A stretch of 64,000 nt of DNA, from NCBI GenBank assembly GCA_963997925.1, contig CAXEOX010000003.1, positions 3,623 to 67,622 on the forward strand, in the 5' to 3' direction. How positions within the stretch are numbered: position 1 is the stretch's first letter; every line of letters begins with the position of its first letter. The notes under the pieces were generated by a model, which searched no databases, had not been told where the DNA came from, and saw only the letters and a program-made list of their open reading frames with translations. Below, one piece after another: positions 43,782-54,416 of the stretch. Position numbers and translations under genes: made by a program. This stretch comes from an uncultured bacterium (GTDB lineage: Bacteria; Chloroflexota; Dehalococcoidia; Lucifugimonadales; UBA3495).

Positions 43782-45095
43782 TTAGGCTTCGGCCGTAGCT
43801 CTTGGCGGTTGGACCAGGGGGTGCCAGAGCAATGGCGTCAGAATCAGTGCCGGAAGCATCACCAGCAGTCCGGCGGCTACATTCGCTGAGATTGCTCCTT
43901 GGATGCTAAACATTGCTGCGATGGCACCCATCTCCAAGCCGCCGATCGGTGTACCAACGCCGATGCAGAAGCTGAGCAACCCCATCATGCGACCCCTCAA
44001 CTCCGGGGGAGAGGCCAGCAATGTCACTGCGCTTTGCATAGTGCCGAATCCAGATTGTCCGATACCCCCGATGGCCAGCAGGGCAAAGGTCACTGCGTAC
44101 CAGGGAGACCAAACCCATATGAAAGTAATGACACAGATGGATACCGACCCAAGAGCAAATATCCGCCCGTGGTAACGCACGTTCCGTTTCAACGCAATCA
44201 GTCCGGCTCCCGACAATTGACCGATCCCCTCAGCTGCGACCAAAAGGCCCACTAGGGCGACTCCCACATCAAGGTGGTCTCGACCGATAGCTGGGATGAA
44301 TTGTTGGACTGGGAACGCTAGGGTGTTCATCACTATGGTGATATACAGGAGCCCCAGCAGTGTCCGGCTATGCAGGGCAAACCCGATGGCCGTCCACAAT
44401 CCTCGCAGCACCGATTCACTTGACTCTTCGGACAAGCTTCGCGGTATCCGGAGCCGAGTCACCACTCCGAGATTTATCACGTGAAGCGCAACGACGAAGA
44501 TGTATGCCCCGGTGAATTCCCCCGAGATTCCCACGTTTGCCAAAAGCCAGCCACCCAAGATTGGACCGACCATCTTCCCAGTGGTATTGCTAATGGTATC
44601 CAGGGATAGCGCGGGGACCAACCTTCCTTCCCCAACGATATCCAATATGGCTGTCCTTCTTGACGGGTCTTCGATCGCCTTAGTTGCTCCCTGCATGAAT
44701 ATGGCGGCGAAGACCATCCACTCGCTCAGCGACTCCATATGGAAGGCCACCATGAACAGCATGGCTCCGGAGGTCAGGGCATTGACCACCTGAGATATAA
44801 AAATGATTCGGTGACGGCTGAAGCGGTCAGCAATCACGCCGGAGAACAAGGAGATTAACGGCCTGGGCAGGTTGTTGAACACTAGGACAAGGCCAAGCAA
44901 GAAGTAGGAGTCCGTCGCTTGCAGGATGAGCCAGCTTAATATCAGCAGCTCCATCCGCCGGGCAAACTCGTGCAGAGTCCCAACGCACCATATCGTGCGG
45001 AAGGGGCCGTCTTTAAGAACTGAAAATACCGGGGCAGAGTCCCGGAGAGGCGGTTGCAACGCTAGGGTTCTCCAATTTCGCTGCGGCGTGGCCAC
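43782..45095 (-). CDS. MFS transporter (EntS/MFS_3-like)
   Basis: 437 aa, ~12 TM segments. N-terminal FRTIWCVGTLHEFARRMELL typical of this subfamily. Confidence 0.75.
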   Translation of the reverse strand: MATPQRNWRTLALQPPLRDSAPVFSVLKDGPFRTIWCVGTLHEFARRMELLILSWLILQATDSYFLLGLVLVFNNLPRPLISLFSGVIADRFSRHRIIFISQVVNALTSGAMLFMVAFHMESLSEWMVFAAIFMQGATKAIEDPSRRTAILDIVGEGRLVPALSLDTISNTTGKMVGPILGGWLLANVGISGEFTGAYIFVVALHVINLGVVTRLRIPRSLSEESSESVLRGLWTAIGFALHSRTLLGLLYITIVMNTLAFPVQQFIPAIGRDHLDVGVALVGLLVAAEGIGQLSGAGLIALKRNVRYHGRIFALGSVSICVITFIWVWSPWYAVTFALLAIGGIGQSGFGTMQSAVTLLASPPELRGRMMGLLSFCIGVGTPIGGLEMGAIAAMFSIQGAISANVAAGLLVMLPALILTPLLWHPLVQPPRATAEA

Positions 45096-45221
45096 CGCAT
45101 TGCGCTCCCAATTGTACTCTCTATAGGGTCACATCTAGCAAGCGTCAGAATCCGATATTTAACAGCTTGTTCGCCAGACGTGGGATGGCTCGTCTTGACA
45201 CTGGGATAGCCTCCGGTTAAC

Positions 45222-46175
45222 TTGAACCGGCCCGGAACCTGGGCAGAATCATCCGGCACGGCACAGACTCGGTCACTAAAGGGGGCATCCATGGGGCCAA
45301 CGGACCTGTCCCGATTCTGGGAAGGCACCATTGAACAACTGAAAAAAACGGAGATGAGAGCTTCGGTAGACGAGTCTCCGGAGCAGTGCGGGCGGGAATT
45401 TAAAACCTACCAGGTAGCCATGGACAGTTTCCAGGGCCGGCGGATCAGGGCCTGGTACTCGGTGCCGAATGATCCACCGCCCAACGGACAGTTTCCGGCG
45501 GTATTGGCGGTTCCGGGCTACGGCGGCACTAAGCCCATACCGACTCACCTTGTTTTGAATGGGTTCATCGTGTTGACCCTTTATCCAAGGGGACAAGGCG
45601 AAAGCATCAAAGAATGGCAACTGGAGTCCGGTACGAAACTGACCTACCACTTGGAAGATAAGGACGAGTTTTACTACCGGGGCGCCTACATGGACTGTAT
45701 CCGGGGACTGGACTTCCTTGGCTCCCATCCGGAGGTAGACCCCCAGCGGCTGGGAATGTGGAGCCGTAGCCAAGGCGGCGGTTTCACTCTGGCTACAGCG
45801 TCATTGGACTCAAGGCTGAAAGTCGCCGTGGCTGAAGAACCGTTCCTGTGCAATTACCCGGTGTCGGTAGACATAACCAGTTCACCTTACTGCGAACTGC
45901 GCGACTATCTGGCTCAGCATCCGGAGCAACGTTCCCAAGCCCTGGAAACCCTTTCATATTTCGACTGTCTAAACCTGGTGGACCGGATAGAGTGCCCAAC
46001 TTTGGTAGACATCGGCATGAAGGACGAAACCTGTCCATACGAAACGATAATACCCGCCTTCGATCGCATCCCGGGCCCCAAAGCACTCCACGTTTATCCC
46101 GAACTGACCCACTCGCCGTCCACCGACTTCAACGCCCACGCTATGAGTTGGTTGCGCCGCTATCTGGGAGCCTAG
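45222..46175 (+). CDS. acetylxylan esterase / cephalosporin-C deacetylase family (CE7, AXE1) serine hydrolase
   Basis: FWEGTIEQL, VPGYGG and the nucleophile motif SRSQGGG. Alternative start ATG 45291 after AAAGGGGG. Confidence 0.75.
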   Translation: MNRPGTWAESSGTAQTRSLKGASMGPTDLSRFWEGTIEQLKKTEMRASVDESPEQCGREFKTYQVAMDSFQGRRIRAWYSVPNDPPPNGQFPAVLAVPGYGGTKPIPTHLVLNGFIVLTLYPRGQGESIKEWQLESGTKLTYHLEDKDEFYYRGAYMDCIRGLDFLGSHPEVDPQRLGMWSRSQGGGFTLATASLDSRLKVAVAEEPFLCNYPVSVDITSSPYCELRDYLAQHPEQRSQALETLSYFDCLNLVDRIECPTLVDIGMKDETCPYETIIPAFDRIPGPKALHVYPELTHSPSTDFNAHAMSWLRRYLGA

Positions 46176-46270
46176 GCCAGGAACAACGGAAACACCGGCA
46201 GTCCCTTTTGCCGGTTGTAGTAACATGATGCCAATCTTGGCCGTATACCGGCCGTTCAGGAGCAAAACGA

Positions 46271-47728
46271 ATGCCAGTGCGCACCGGAGAACAGTATCTG
46301 GCGGGCCTGCGAGACAGGCCTAGAGAAGTACACCACCGAGGCCAAAAAGTGGATGACGTCACAACCTTTCCCGGCCTCGCCAACGGAGCCCGGTCCATCG
46401 CCTCACTTTACGACATGCAACATGACCCTAAACTGCGCGGCGATATGACCTACACGTCGCCCACCACCGGCGATCCCGTCGGGCTATCTTTCATCGCTCC
46501 CAGGAATCTGGAGGACTTGCAGAGACGCCGGATCATGATGTCCCACTGGGCGCATACCAGCTACGGCATGATGGGGCGCACTCCGGATTTTCTGAATGTC
46601 AGCATCATGGCCATGGCCGAAGCGGGAGATTACTTCGCCCAGTCACGCCCCGAGTTCAAGCAAAACATCATCAACTATTACGAGTACATCCGTGAGAACG
46701 ACCTGACCTTGACCCATACCCTGGTGAACCTGCAACGCAACCGGCGTCAGGCCGCCAGCACCAAGAATTACGACACCGACGTGGCGTTGGCGGTGGTCAA
46801 GGAAACCGACTCCGGGATAGTTGTACGCGGACCCCGAGTTCTAGCCACTCTAGGTCCTCTGTCCGATGAAATAGCGGTTTACCCTGTGAGAAATGCTCAA
46901 TTGGAGGGCACTGAAGACGCCTGGCGCTATGCCTTCGCTTTCTCCATTCCCTGCGATACTCCTGGGCTAAAGTTCCTCTGCAGGGAGAGCTTCGACCTGG
47001 ACCGGTCTAGCTTCGATCATCCGCTGGGGTCCAGGTTCGAAGAGATGGACGCCATCATTTTCATGGACGACGTGCTTGTCCCATGGGAAAAGGTGTTCCT
47101 ATTCCGGGACGTTGACCTTGCCAACAGCCTTAGCGCAAGCACGCATCAGTACAACCATTCCGGACACCAGGTTGTCACCAAAAACGTGGCCAAGTGCGAA
47201 TTCGTGCTGGGAATCGCCAGCATGATGGTCGAGATATTGGGCTCGGAGAGCATCGGGCAGGTACACGGCTTGTTGGCCGAGGTGATAGAGAACTTGGAGG
47301 TGATGAAAGCCCTCCTGTGCACCGCCGAAGTGAACGCTACGTTGGACGAGTGGGGAGTGATGTGCCCGGCTACGATACCCATCACCGTGGCCAGGAACAT
47401 GTTCATCCGCATGTATCCAAGGATGATTGAAATCATCCAACTTTTAGGTTCAAGTAGTCTGATGGCCTTACCTTCGGAAGTAGACTTCGATGGGCCTTTG
47501 GGTGGTGACATCAGACAATACATGGATACTGACACCGCAACTGCCTGGGAGCGGGTGCAACTGTTCCGGCTCGCCTGGGATCTGTCCGGCAGTTCTTTCG
47601 GATCCCGGCAGGTGCTTTACGAACGGTACTTCCAGGGAGACTGGATGCGCAACGCCAGCATATTGTGGGGACGGTTCGACCCGGAACCGTTGAAAGAGCA
47701 GGTAAGGGATTTTCTCCGGAGCACGTAA
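46271..47728 (+). CDS. 4-hydroxyphenylacetate 3-monooxygenase oxygenase-component family (HpaB-like)
   Basis: MPVRTGEQYLAGLRDRPREV.. opening and 485 aa. AGGAG lies before the ATG. Confidence 0.8.
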   Translation: MPVRTGEQYLAGLRDRPREVHHRGQKVDDVTTFPGLANGARSIASLYDMQHDPKLRGDMTYTSPTTGDPVGLSFIAPRNLEDLQRRRIMMSHWAHTSYGMMGRTPDFLNVSIMAMAEAGDYFAQSRPEFKQNIINYYEYIRENDLTLTHTLVNLQRNRRQAASTKNYDTDVALAVVKETDSGIVVRGPRVLATLGPLSDEIAVYPVRNAQLEGTEDAWRYAFAFSIPCDTPGLKFLCRESFDLDRSSFDHPLGSRFEEMDAIIFMDDVLVPWEKVFLFRDVDLANSLSASTHQYNHSGHQVVTKNVAKCEFVLGIASMMVEILGSESIGQVHGLLAEVIENLEVMKALLCTAEVNATLDEWGVMCPATIPITVARNMFIRMYPRMIEIIQLLGSSSLMALPSEVDFDGPLGGDIRQYMDTDTATAWERVQLFRLAWDLSGSSFGSRQVLYERYFQGDWMRNASILWGRFDPEPLKEQVRDFLRST

Positions 47729-47750
47729 CCGGCGGAATCGGCTTACCGAT

Positions 47751-47780
47751 TTGATTTAATTACGATAATAGTGGTAGACT
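47751..47780 (+). promoter_or_regulatory. candidate promoter upstream of dnaG
   Basis: TTGATT (47751-56), 18-nt spacer, TAGACT (47775-80), in an AT-rich 260-nt gap. Confidence 0.3.
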
Positions 47781-47989
47781 ATATCTTGGCCCCCTCTGTG
47801 CCCATTTTATTCTGATGCGTCGGTAAAATGTGCGATATTTATCAGTTGTTGGGCTCGAAATACGTTAAGTCGTGAGGGGTGGCGGGGAACTGATTGCCGC
47901 ATTCAGAATATTGCCCTTCTCGATATTCACCGCTTTCGTTATTTTGATTATTGGAACCGTGGCTCTCTCTGGGATTGCTCTTTCTTAAT

Positions 47990-49834
47990 ATGACCGTTGT
48001 AGATGACATAAAAGGCCGCTTGGACATTCTGGAAGTAGTGTCCCGTTACGTGCCCCTGCAACGCTCCGGCCGCAGCCACAAGGCGCCTTGCCCGTTCCAT
48101 CAAGAGAAAACCCCATCGTTCTTCGTTTTTCCGGAGCGCCAGTCGTGGCGATGCTTCGGTGCCTGCGCTACCGGCGGAGACGTTTTCTCCTTCGTGATGC
48201 GGTCCGAGAATATGGAGTTCGGCGACGCCTTGAAGCACTTGGCCCAGCAGACAGGTGTGGAGCTACCCAACCTTGAAAAACGGAACCAGAATCAAGGCAA
48301 CTTCGACATCAACGAATCGGCCCGGATCTACTTTCAGGAGTTGCTGGCATCCGCCAAGGGGACCGAAGCCAGGGCTTACCTGGATAGGCGGGGCGTGTCC
48401 GCCCAGGCCATAGAGAAGTTTGAACTGGGCCTCAGCCCTTCCGATGGCGAATCACTGAAGAACCATCTGGTCAAACAGGGTTTTTCGCTTCAGCAACTGA
48501 ACCAAGCCGGAATCGTCCGCACGTCCCAGAACGGTTGGAACCACGACCTGTTCCGCAGCCGCTTGATGTTCCCAATCCGCAACGGGCAAGGCGGGCTGGG
48601 CGGGTTCGGGGCCCGTGCTCTGGACGATTCCCAACCCAAGTACCTTAACTCGCCGAGAACGCCGGTTTTCGATAAAGGCCACATCCTTTATGGCCTTCAT
48701 CTGGCCAAGGAATCAGCCCGCCAAGAGGGCATAGTTATCGTAGAAGGGTACATGGACGCCGTCGCCGCCCACCAAGAGGGCTTCAACAACGTGGTGGCGT
48801 CCATGGGCACTGCTTTGACCGAAAACCAGGTGGCGGAGATACGCCGTTTAACGAAAGACGTCACCATGGCGCTGGACGCCGACGTGGCAGGACAACAAGC
48901 GACGCTGCGCAGCCTTGAGTCATCCTGGAGAGTGCTCCAAACCCAGGTAGCCGGGCGGTCGCAGGGCACCACTCTGTTCCAGCGCCCTGAGATGTTGAAC
49001 CTGAAGATTGCCGTGATGCCGGAGGGAATGGACCCGGACGACTTGATCCACCGGTCTCCGGACGAGTGGACTCAGTTGATCCAGGAAGGCCCGTCTTATA
49101 TAGAATATCTGCTCAAGGTGTTGCCGGTTCAGTTGGACGCTTCAACACCCCAAGGCAAAGCCCAGATCGTGAGCGTGGTCCTACCATCGATCCAAGCGGT
49201 TCCGGAGCCTTTCCAACAGGACCACTATTTCCAGATGTTGGCGGACCAACTGGGAGTTACCAGGGAAACATTGCAGGCGACCATCGACCGGCCCGGCGCA
49301 GCCCGCCAAACCCGGAGAGCGCAACCTCGCACTCGCCCAGCCTCCGGCCTGACTTTTACCGGTCCGGATGGGGACCCCTTGGAGGAGTACTGCCTAACAC
49401 TGTTGCTCCATGAACCCGATTTGGAAGAAAGCGCCGAAGGCCTGCAGCCAGAGTATTTCCGTCAGATGGAGAATCGGGAAATCTTCAATCAATGGGTCCG
49501 GGTGTGCCAGGGACGGCAGGGCGAGTCTTCGGCAGCATCCCTTTCGGGGTTGGTGGAAGAGGAATTAACATCCCGGCTGGACGCTTTGTTGAACAAAGAA
49601 ATGCCCCCGCTGGATCCATTAAGCCGTCAGGCCGCATTTCGGGATGTCGTGATTCGATTGGAGTCCCGCTATCTAGTTGAATTAAAAGCGGAAGAGGAAA
49701 TCAGATTCTCGGAGTCATCGACAGATATAATGGAGGACTCTCACCTAGATGTCCTTGAGATCAACCAACGGATAAAAATGAATCAAAACCTGCGCAATTC
49801 CGTATTTCAAGAAAGTACAGCCAGAGGTAAATAA
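47990..49834 (+). CDS. dnaG: DNA primase
   Basis: Zinc-finger [25 protein letters not shown] and TOPRIM EGYMD. ATG 47990 ([13 protein letters not shown]) preferred over TTG 47951. Confidence 0.92.
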   Translation: MTVVDDIKGRLDILEVVSRYVPLQRSGRSHKAPCPFHQEKTPSFFVFPERQSWRCFGACATGGDVFSFVMRSENMEFGDALKHLAQQTGVELPNLEKRNQNQGNFDINESARIYFQELLASAKGTEARAYLDRRGVSAQAIEKFELGLSPSDGESLKNHLVKQGFSLQQLNQAGIVRTSQNGWNHDLFRSRLMFPIRNGQGGLGGFGARALDDSQPKYLNSPRTPVFDKGHILYGLHLAKESARQEGIVIVEGYMDAVAAHQEGFNNVVASMGTALTENQVAEIRRLTKDVTMALDADVAGQQATLRSLESSWRVLQTQVAGRSQGTTLFQRPEMLNLKIAVMPEGMDPDDLIHRSPDEWTQLIQEGPSYIEYLLKVLPVQLDASTPQGKAQIVSVVLPSIQAVPEPFQQDHYFQMLADQLGVTRETLQATIDRPGAARQTRRAQPRTRPASGLTFTGPDGDPLEEYCLTLLLHEPDLEESAEGLQPEYFRQMENREIFNQWVRVCQGRQGESSAASLSGLVEEELTSRLDALLNKEMPPLDPLSRQAAFRDVVIRLESRYLVELKAEEEIRFSESSTDIMEDSHLDVLEINQRIKMNQNLRNSVFQESTARGK

Positions 49835-51438
49835 TGCCAAGACGTAAGAACGAAAGCAATCTCAACCCTGAAGAGTTTCTAGAAGGCAGCGAGGAGCCTC
49901 GCGACGGTGACGGCGATGCGATCGTGGAGATTTTCCGCGGCGTGCAAGCCCGTCAAGACGACGACTCGATGGTCGAATCCAACGGTATAACCAATCTATC
50001 CTCGACCATGGTCGCCCAGAACCCGGACGAGCAATGGGATGGGACCGCAACCGACGAGAAGAACAAGGACTCGGCTGACGACTCTTCCGACGACTCTCCC
50101 ACCGCGTCCAAAGAATCCGATAAAGAGGACTCGGACTGGGAACCGGAAACTGAAACCGTAGAGGTATTGGACGATCCGGTAAGGATGTACCTGCGGGAGA
50201 TTGGCCGAGTACGATTGCTTACCTCCAAAGACGAACGCTCTCTGGCTCGTAAGATTGAAGGTGGAAAGCACCTAACAGCCCTGCAGAACGAACTGACCGG
50301 TCTTGAAAGCCGCCAACCCAGGCCTTGGGAAATCACCTGCGGCCTGCTCCGCCGTTTGATTGCGGCGTCGCATCTCTTGGCGGCCCTTGGCGAACAATTG
50401 GGATTGCCGGCCAACCTTACATTGTCCCAGGTGACAGATCACCCGAAACTGCGGGCGGCCATCGACGCCGAAGTATCCCCGGAGATGCTAGCCGCTGCGG
50501 CCGAATCCATGGGAGAGGACGTGGAAGGTCTTTACCTTCAAGTCGTCCATCTATCCTTGAACAGTTGGCTGCTGCCCCCGGACGCCATCGACGTGCTGGA
50601 AGATTGCCAACTAAGCGATCTGGACGCCACCTTGAGGCAGCCGGGCTGCTATGCCGAACTACAGCGGTTGGACCCCCTATTCAGGGCCTATTTCAACCGC
50701 ATCCATGCGGAGACGTCGCGGGCTCAGGCCCACCTGACCGAAGCAAACCTGCGTTTGGTAGTCAGCGTCGCCAAAAAGTACATCGGCCGGGGTATGGCCC
50801 TGCTGGACATGATTCAGGAAGGCAACATCGGCTTAATCAGAGCGGTTGAGAAGTTCGATTACCGCAAGGGTTACAAGTTCAGCACCTACGCTACTTGGTG
50901 GATCCGCCAGGCCATCACCCGGGCGATAGCCGACCAAGCTCGAACGATACGGATTCCGGTGCATATGGTGGAAACCATCAACAAACTCATGCGCCAACAC
51001 CGTCGGCTGCTACAGGAATATGGCCGGGAGCCGACGCCCGAGGAAATCGGCGAGGCCATGGAGCTTGGCCCGGAGAAGGTAGAGGAGATACTGAAGATAT
51101 CCCAGGAGCCCGTCTCCTTGGAAACCCCCATCGGTGAGGAAGAAGACTCCCATTTGGGAGACTTCATAGAAGACCGCAACGCTCCCGCGCCTGCGGACGC
51201 AGCGTCTTTCCAACTGCTTAAAGAGCAGGTGGATGAGGTCCTCCACACCCTAACCGAGCGGGAAGCCAGGGTGTTGCAGCTCCGGTTCGGATTACAGGAC
51301 GGACGCAGCCGTACATTGGAGGAAGTCGGACGCGAGTTCGGCGTGACCCGTGAACGGATCCGTCAGATCGAAGCGAAGGCATTGAGGAAACTGCGCCATC
51401 CCACCCGGTCTCGTAAACTAAAGGACTTCCTCGAGTAA
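49834..51438 (+). CDS. rpoD: RNA polymerase primary sigma factor (sigma-70 family)
   Basis: Acidic N-terminus, [55 protein letters not shown]. The ATG shares its A with the dnaG TAA stop (TAATG). Confidence 0.95.
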   Translation: MPRRKNESNLNPEEFLEGSEEPRDGDGDAIVEIFRGVQARQDDDSMVESNGITNLSSTMVAQNPDEQWDGTATDEKNKDSADDSSDDSPTASKESDKEDSDWEPETETVEVLDDPVRMYLREIGRVRLLTSKDERSLARKIEGGKHLTALQNELTGLESRQPRPWEITCGLLRRLIAASHLLAALGEQLGLPANLTLSQVTDHPKLRAAIDAEVSPEMLAAAAESMGEDVEGLYLQVVHLSLNSWLLPPDAIDVLEDCQLSDLDATLRQPGCYAELQRLDPLFRAYFNRIHAETSRAQAHLTEANLRLVVSVAKKYIGRGMALLDMIQEGNIGLIRAVEKFDYRKGYKFSTYATWWIRQAITRAIADQARTIRIPVHMVETINKLMRQHRRLLQEYGREPTPEEIGEAMELGPEKVEEILKISQEPVSLETPIGEEEDSHLGDFIEDRNAPAPADAASFQLLKEQVDEVLHTLTEREARVLQLRFGLQDGRSRTLEEVGREFGVTRERIRQIEAKALRKLRHPTRSRKLKDFLE

Positions 51439-51471
51439 ACATAACGTTGTCGATTGCCTCGATACTGGGGC

Positions 51472-51573
51472 GATTAAGGCCGATATACGCATTACATTTA
51501 AGCAAAATAGTGAATCACCGTTAAAATTTTGCTAGTTGTCATTCAAAAAACGATGATATACTCGGCCTTAATC
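51472..51573. other. 102-nt inverted-repeat-bounded AT-rich element between rpoD and the zinc-ribbon gene
   Basis: GATTAAGGCCGA (51472-83) pairs perfectly with TCGGCCTTAATC (51562-73), plus 4 more bp after a bulge. Inner stem AGCAAAAT (51501-08)/ATTTTGCT (51526-33). Confidence 0.6.
51536..51562 (+). promoter_or_regulatory. candidate extended -10 promoter for the zinc-ribbon/sortase genes
   Basis: TTGTCA (51536-41), 15-nt spacer, TGaTATACT (51554-62). Overlaps the right arm of the inverted repeat. Confidence 0.3.
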
Positions 51574-51593
51574 CAACCTGGGAGGTGGTATAA

Positions 51594-51806
51594 GTGGAAG
51601 AGGGATTGATACCCAAGTGCCTAAAGTGTAATGTGGGCCAACTGGTACCGTTATCCGACTATGGTGGTCAAGGAGCGGCGGTACACTACAAAGCCTGGGT
51701 TTGCACAAACCCGGACTGTGGCTTCAACGTTAAGATTCGCAACGGCGACATCTACCTGAACGAGCCGATCACCCCCGGCGCTAATCACGTTCCCCGAGCC
51801 CGGTAG
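51594..51806 (+). CDS. small zinc-ribbon protein (70 aa)
   Basis: CLKC ...(26 aa)... CTNPDC, four Cys. GTG start is preceded by GGGAGG. Confidence 0.55.
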   Translation: MEEGLIPKCLKCNVGQLVPLSDYGGQGAAVHYKAWVCTNPDCGFNVKIRNGDIYLNEPITPGANHVPRAR

Positions 51807-51937
51807 AAGCTCCCCGCGATTCCCGTCTGCCCTTAACTCCCACTCGTCTTTGTGACTTTATTTTCCCTTTGTCTGTCACGAAGGCTATCGATAGAGTAAA
51901 TGTGTAGATGGATACGATTTCAGCAAAAGGAGGTGAT

Positions 51938-53008
51938 ATGGAAGCAGGATACGACTATTTACTACTCCGCAGACGGCTGCAGCGCCGGTTCTTCAACGTA
52001 TCAGGAATATTTATTTTTGTCTTTGGCGCAATGCTGCTGGCGACCAGCGGAGCCTACTACGGTTACGCGGCCAAGGCACATGCCGACCTGGATAGCCTAA
52101 ATGTCACGCTCCCAGAGACGGCTGCCAAGATAGGCACCGGTCCCGGTAGCCAAGGCTCGGCAGCCGAAGCTTTAGTAGATCCTGGACAGGAAGGCGTGTA
52201 CTCGCTTTCAACGTCAGGAGCATCAGAGGGGCAATCTTCTAACCAGACGGTTGCACCGGCAGTCCAGGCTACCGGAGTTGCACCCGGAGGCGCGTCGGCA
52301 GGTTCATCAGGACCTAAGGTGATCGTAGGAGTGGCCTCCGCCGAACCAGGAGAAGATTCTGTATCGGCGAGCGGGCCGTCTAACCCGAGGCTGGTTATGC
52401 CGGCCTCGGTTATAAGCGGTCAGCAGCTTTTCCCGGGAGAATCGCTGCAAGCTTCCTTCTGGAGCAACCCCCTCTCCTACGAGTCCGCCTCGTACCGGGA
52501 GCGGATACTGCTTCAGGGGTTCAACGCAGTTGACCTAGACCAAGGGTTGGCCTTAAACAGCGGGTCTGTGGCTACCCGGCTCATCATCCCGTCCATCGAC
52601 GTGGATTCCGGAATCGACGAGCTGGCAATCTTGGATCTGGGAGGAAGCCGGGCCTACGAGACGCCCGCCAATACAGTGGGCCATATTCCGGAAACCGCCA
52701 ACGCAGGCGAAGCCGGAAGCGGTTGGTTCTTCGGGCATACGGAGAGCCCCATCCAGGGAGAAGGCTCAGTGTTCCTGAACCTGAGCAAGATTCCCGGCAT
52801 GCTACAGAACGGCGAGGACGTGTTCGTAGTCACGTCGAACGGAGAGCGTCAGTACCTGTACCGCATAACGTCGTCACGGGTAGTGCCTCAAGAAGAAATG
52901 ACGCTTCACGACACCGGACAGGCCACTCTACATCTGGTCTCTTGCGTGCCGCGGCTGGTCTATGACCATCGTCTGATTGTCAGCGGGGAGCTGATCGGCG
53001 TAAAGTAA
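51938..53008 (+). CDS. sortase-family transpeptidase with N-terminal TM anchor and long Ser/Gly/Ala-rich linker
   Basis: His (WFFGHTES), Cys (LHLVSCVP), Arg (YDHRLIV). ATG 51938 is preceded by AAGGAGGTGAT. Confidence 0.8.
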   Translation: MEAGYDYLLLRRRLQRRFFNVSGIFIFVFGAMLLATSGAYYGYAAKAHADLDSLNVTLPETAAKIGTGPGSQGSAAEALVDPGQEGVYSLSTSGASEGQSSNQTVAPAVQATGVAPGGASAGSSGPKVIVGVASAEPGEDSVSASGPSNPRLVMPASVISGQQLFPGESLQASFWSNPLSYESASYRERILLQGFNAVDLDQGLALNSGSVATRLIIPSIDVDSGIDELAILDLGGSRAYETPANTVGHIPETANAGEAGSGWFFGHTESPIQGEGSVFLNLSKIPGMLQNGEDVFVVTSNGERQYLYRITSSRVVPQEEMTLHDTGQATLHLVSCVPRLVYDHRLIVSGELIGVK

Positions 53009-53037
53009 GCCAAGGCTTCACTAGGAACAAACGCAAT

Positions 53038-53062
53038 GAGGGCGGGTCTTTGACCCGCCCTC
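53038..53062. terminator. bidirectional stem-loop between convergent sortase and CBS-domain genes
   Basis: Perfect 11-bp stem GAGGGCGGGTC / GACCCGCCCTC with TTT loop. Confidence 0.55.
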
Positions 53063-53121
53063 ATCCTATTCTACGGAGACATCCTAGCAGGCCCGGATCC
53101 GGACCAGGCACTCTGGACCAG

Positions 53122-54345
53122 CTAATCGGCCGGGGTGGAAGCGTCCACGCCTATGCGGTTGATCCTAAGTTTGCGTAGCCTGCGCCCCAATATGGAAACC
53201 ACTTCGATCCGTAGATGGTCCGTGTTCACCACATCGCCAGTAGAAGGTATCTTGCCAAGCATCTGATATACGTAGCCGCCCACCGTATCCACAACCTCGC
53301 TATCGATGGTGGTTGAGAACAGCTCCTCTATATCTTCAGTCGGCACTCCCGCGTCGACTAGGACTCCACCGTCTGATAGATGAACCAGTTCGGATTCCCG
53401 TGTCCGGGAGAACTCGTCTTCGATCTCCCCAACGATTTCCTCTAACAGGTCCTCCATGGTGAGAACGCCTTCGGTGCCACCGTACTCGTCGACCACGATG
53501 GCCATCTGGATGCCTTTATCCTTCAACTCCTCAAGCAAGTCATCCAACCGCTTCGTTTCCGGGATAAAAAATGCCGGGTTAAGGAGGTCTCGAAGGTTTT
53601 GATTCGAATCGGGCGAGGCCATGGCGGCCAGCACTTCCCTGGAGTGCACGATTCCCAATATGTGGTCGATGGACTCTTCGAAAACAGGTATGCGGCTATG
53701 TCCGCCTTGAACCATTTGTTCCGCGACGAATATCAGTGATGAATCGATTCCCACCGCCACCATGTCCAGACGGGGGACCATAATTTCCCTGGCTGTCGTA
53801 ACGTCCAGTTTTAGTATGGACCGGAGCATCTCACGGTCCCGATGGTCTAGGCTAACCAACTCCTCTTCCGTTATCACCGGTTCTTGGTTCTCGGAAAACT
53901 CCTCGCTTTGAACGTCTCCGGCACCGTCCCCACCGTTGGAACTATGGCCGTTTCCTACAGGCGCCAACGGCCGGCGGCCAAACAATATACTAGTCAAGGG
54001 GCGGCAGAGAGCTTCTGCCTGGGAGGGGTTTTTGAGTACGACGAAGGAAGCGGCCCAATCAACAGCCAGCAGAACAAACAGGATAGCAAGTGCGAAAACC
54101 GAACCTGGCAACCAGCCACCGGCTTGAATGTTGGCCAGCACCAATACCGACAAGGCGACGGCAATCACGCAGGCATATCTACACCAACGGAGGACAAACC
54201 CTGCCTTTTGGAGAGACGCACGGTTTCTGAAAGTGCCGCCCGGCGTGTCAATCGAATGCTGAGCCAGGCTGAAGAAAGAGAAAAGGGGAAGAGATACGGC
54301 CAGTATTATTGCTAATGGTACGTTGTCTGTGTCCAAAACCCTCAC
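53122..54345 (-). CDS. hemolysin-family/CNNM-type protein (DUF21-like TM region + CBS pair + CorC_HlyC domain)
   Basis: REIMVPRLDMVAV (CBS1), IPVFEESIDHILGIV, VVDEYGGTEGVLTMEDLLEEIVGEI, C-terminal GGYVYQMLGKIP.. Confidence 0.8.
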   Translation of the reverse strand: MRVLDTDNVPLAIILAVSLPLFSFFSLAQHSIDTPGGTFRNRASLQKAGFVLRWCRYACVIAVALSVLVLANIQAGGWLPGSVFALAILFVLLAVDWAASFVVLKNPSQAEALCRPLTSILFGRRPLAPVGNGHSSNGGDGAGDVQSEEFSENQEPVITEEELVSLDHRDREMLRSILKLDVTTAREIMVPRLDMVAVGIDSSLIFVAEQMVQGGHSRIPVFEESIDHILGIVHSREVLAAMASPDSNQNLRDLLNPAFFIPETKRLDDLLEELKDKGIQMAIVVDEYGGTEGVLTMEDLLEEIVGEIEDEFSRTRESELVHLSDGGVLVDAGVPTEDIEELFSTTIDSEVVDTVGGYVYQMLGKIPSTGDVVNTDHLRIEVVSILGRRLRKLRINRIGVDASTPAD

Positions 54346-54416
54346 CCTCCTGGGTGCCTGCGAGCCGCCATCGGGATTCGCCTATTTTGCCTACCAGGAG
54401 GTCAGTTGGTCTCAGG

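Noticed and set aside
49834-50200. Highly acidic, low-complexity N-terminal ~110 aa of RpoD as a possible novel domain
   Set aside because: Acidic region 1.1 and non-conserved N-terminal extensions are normal for primary sigma factors.
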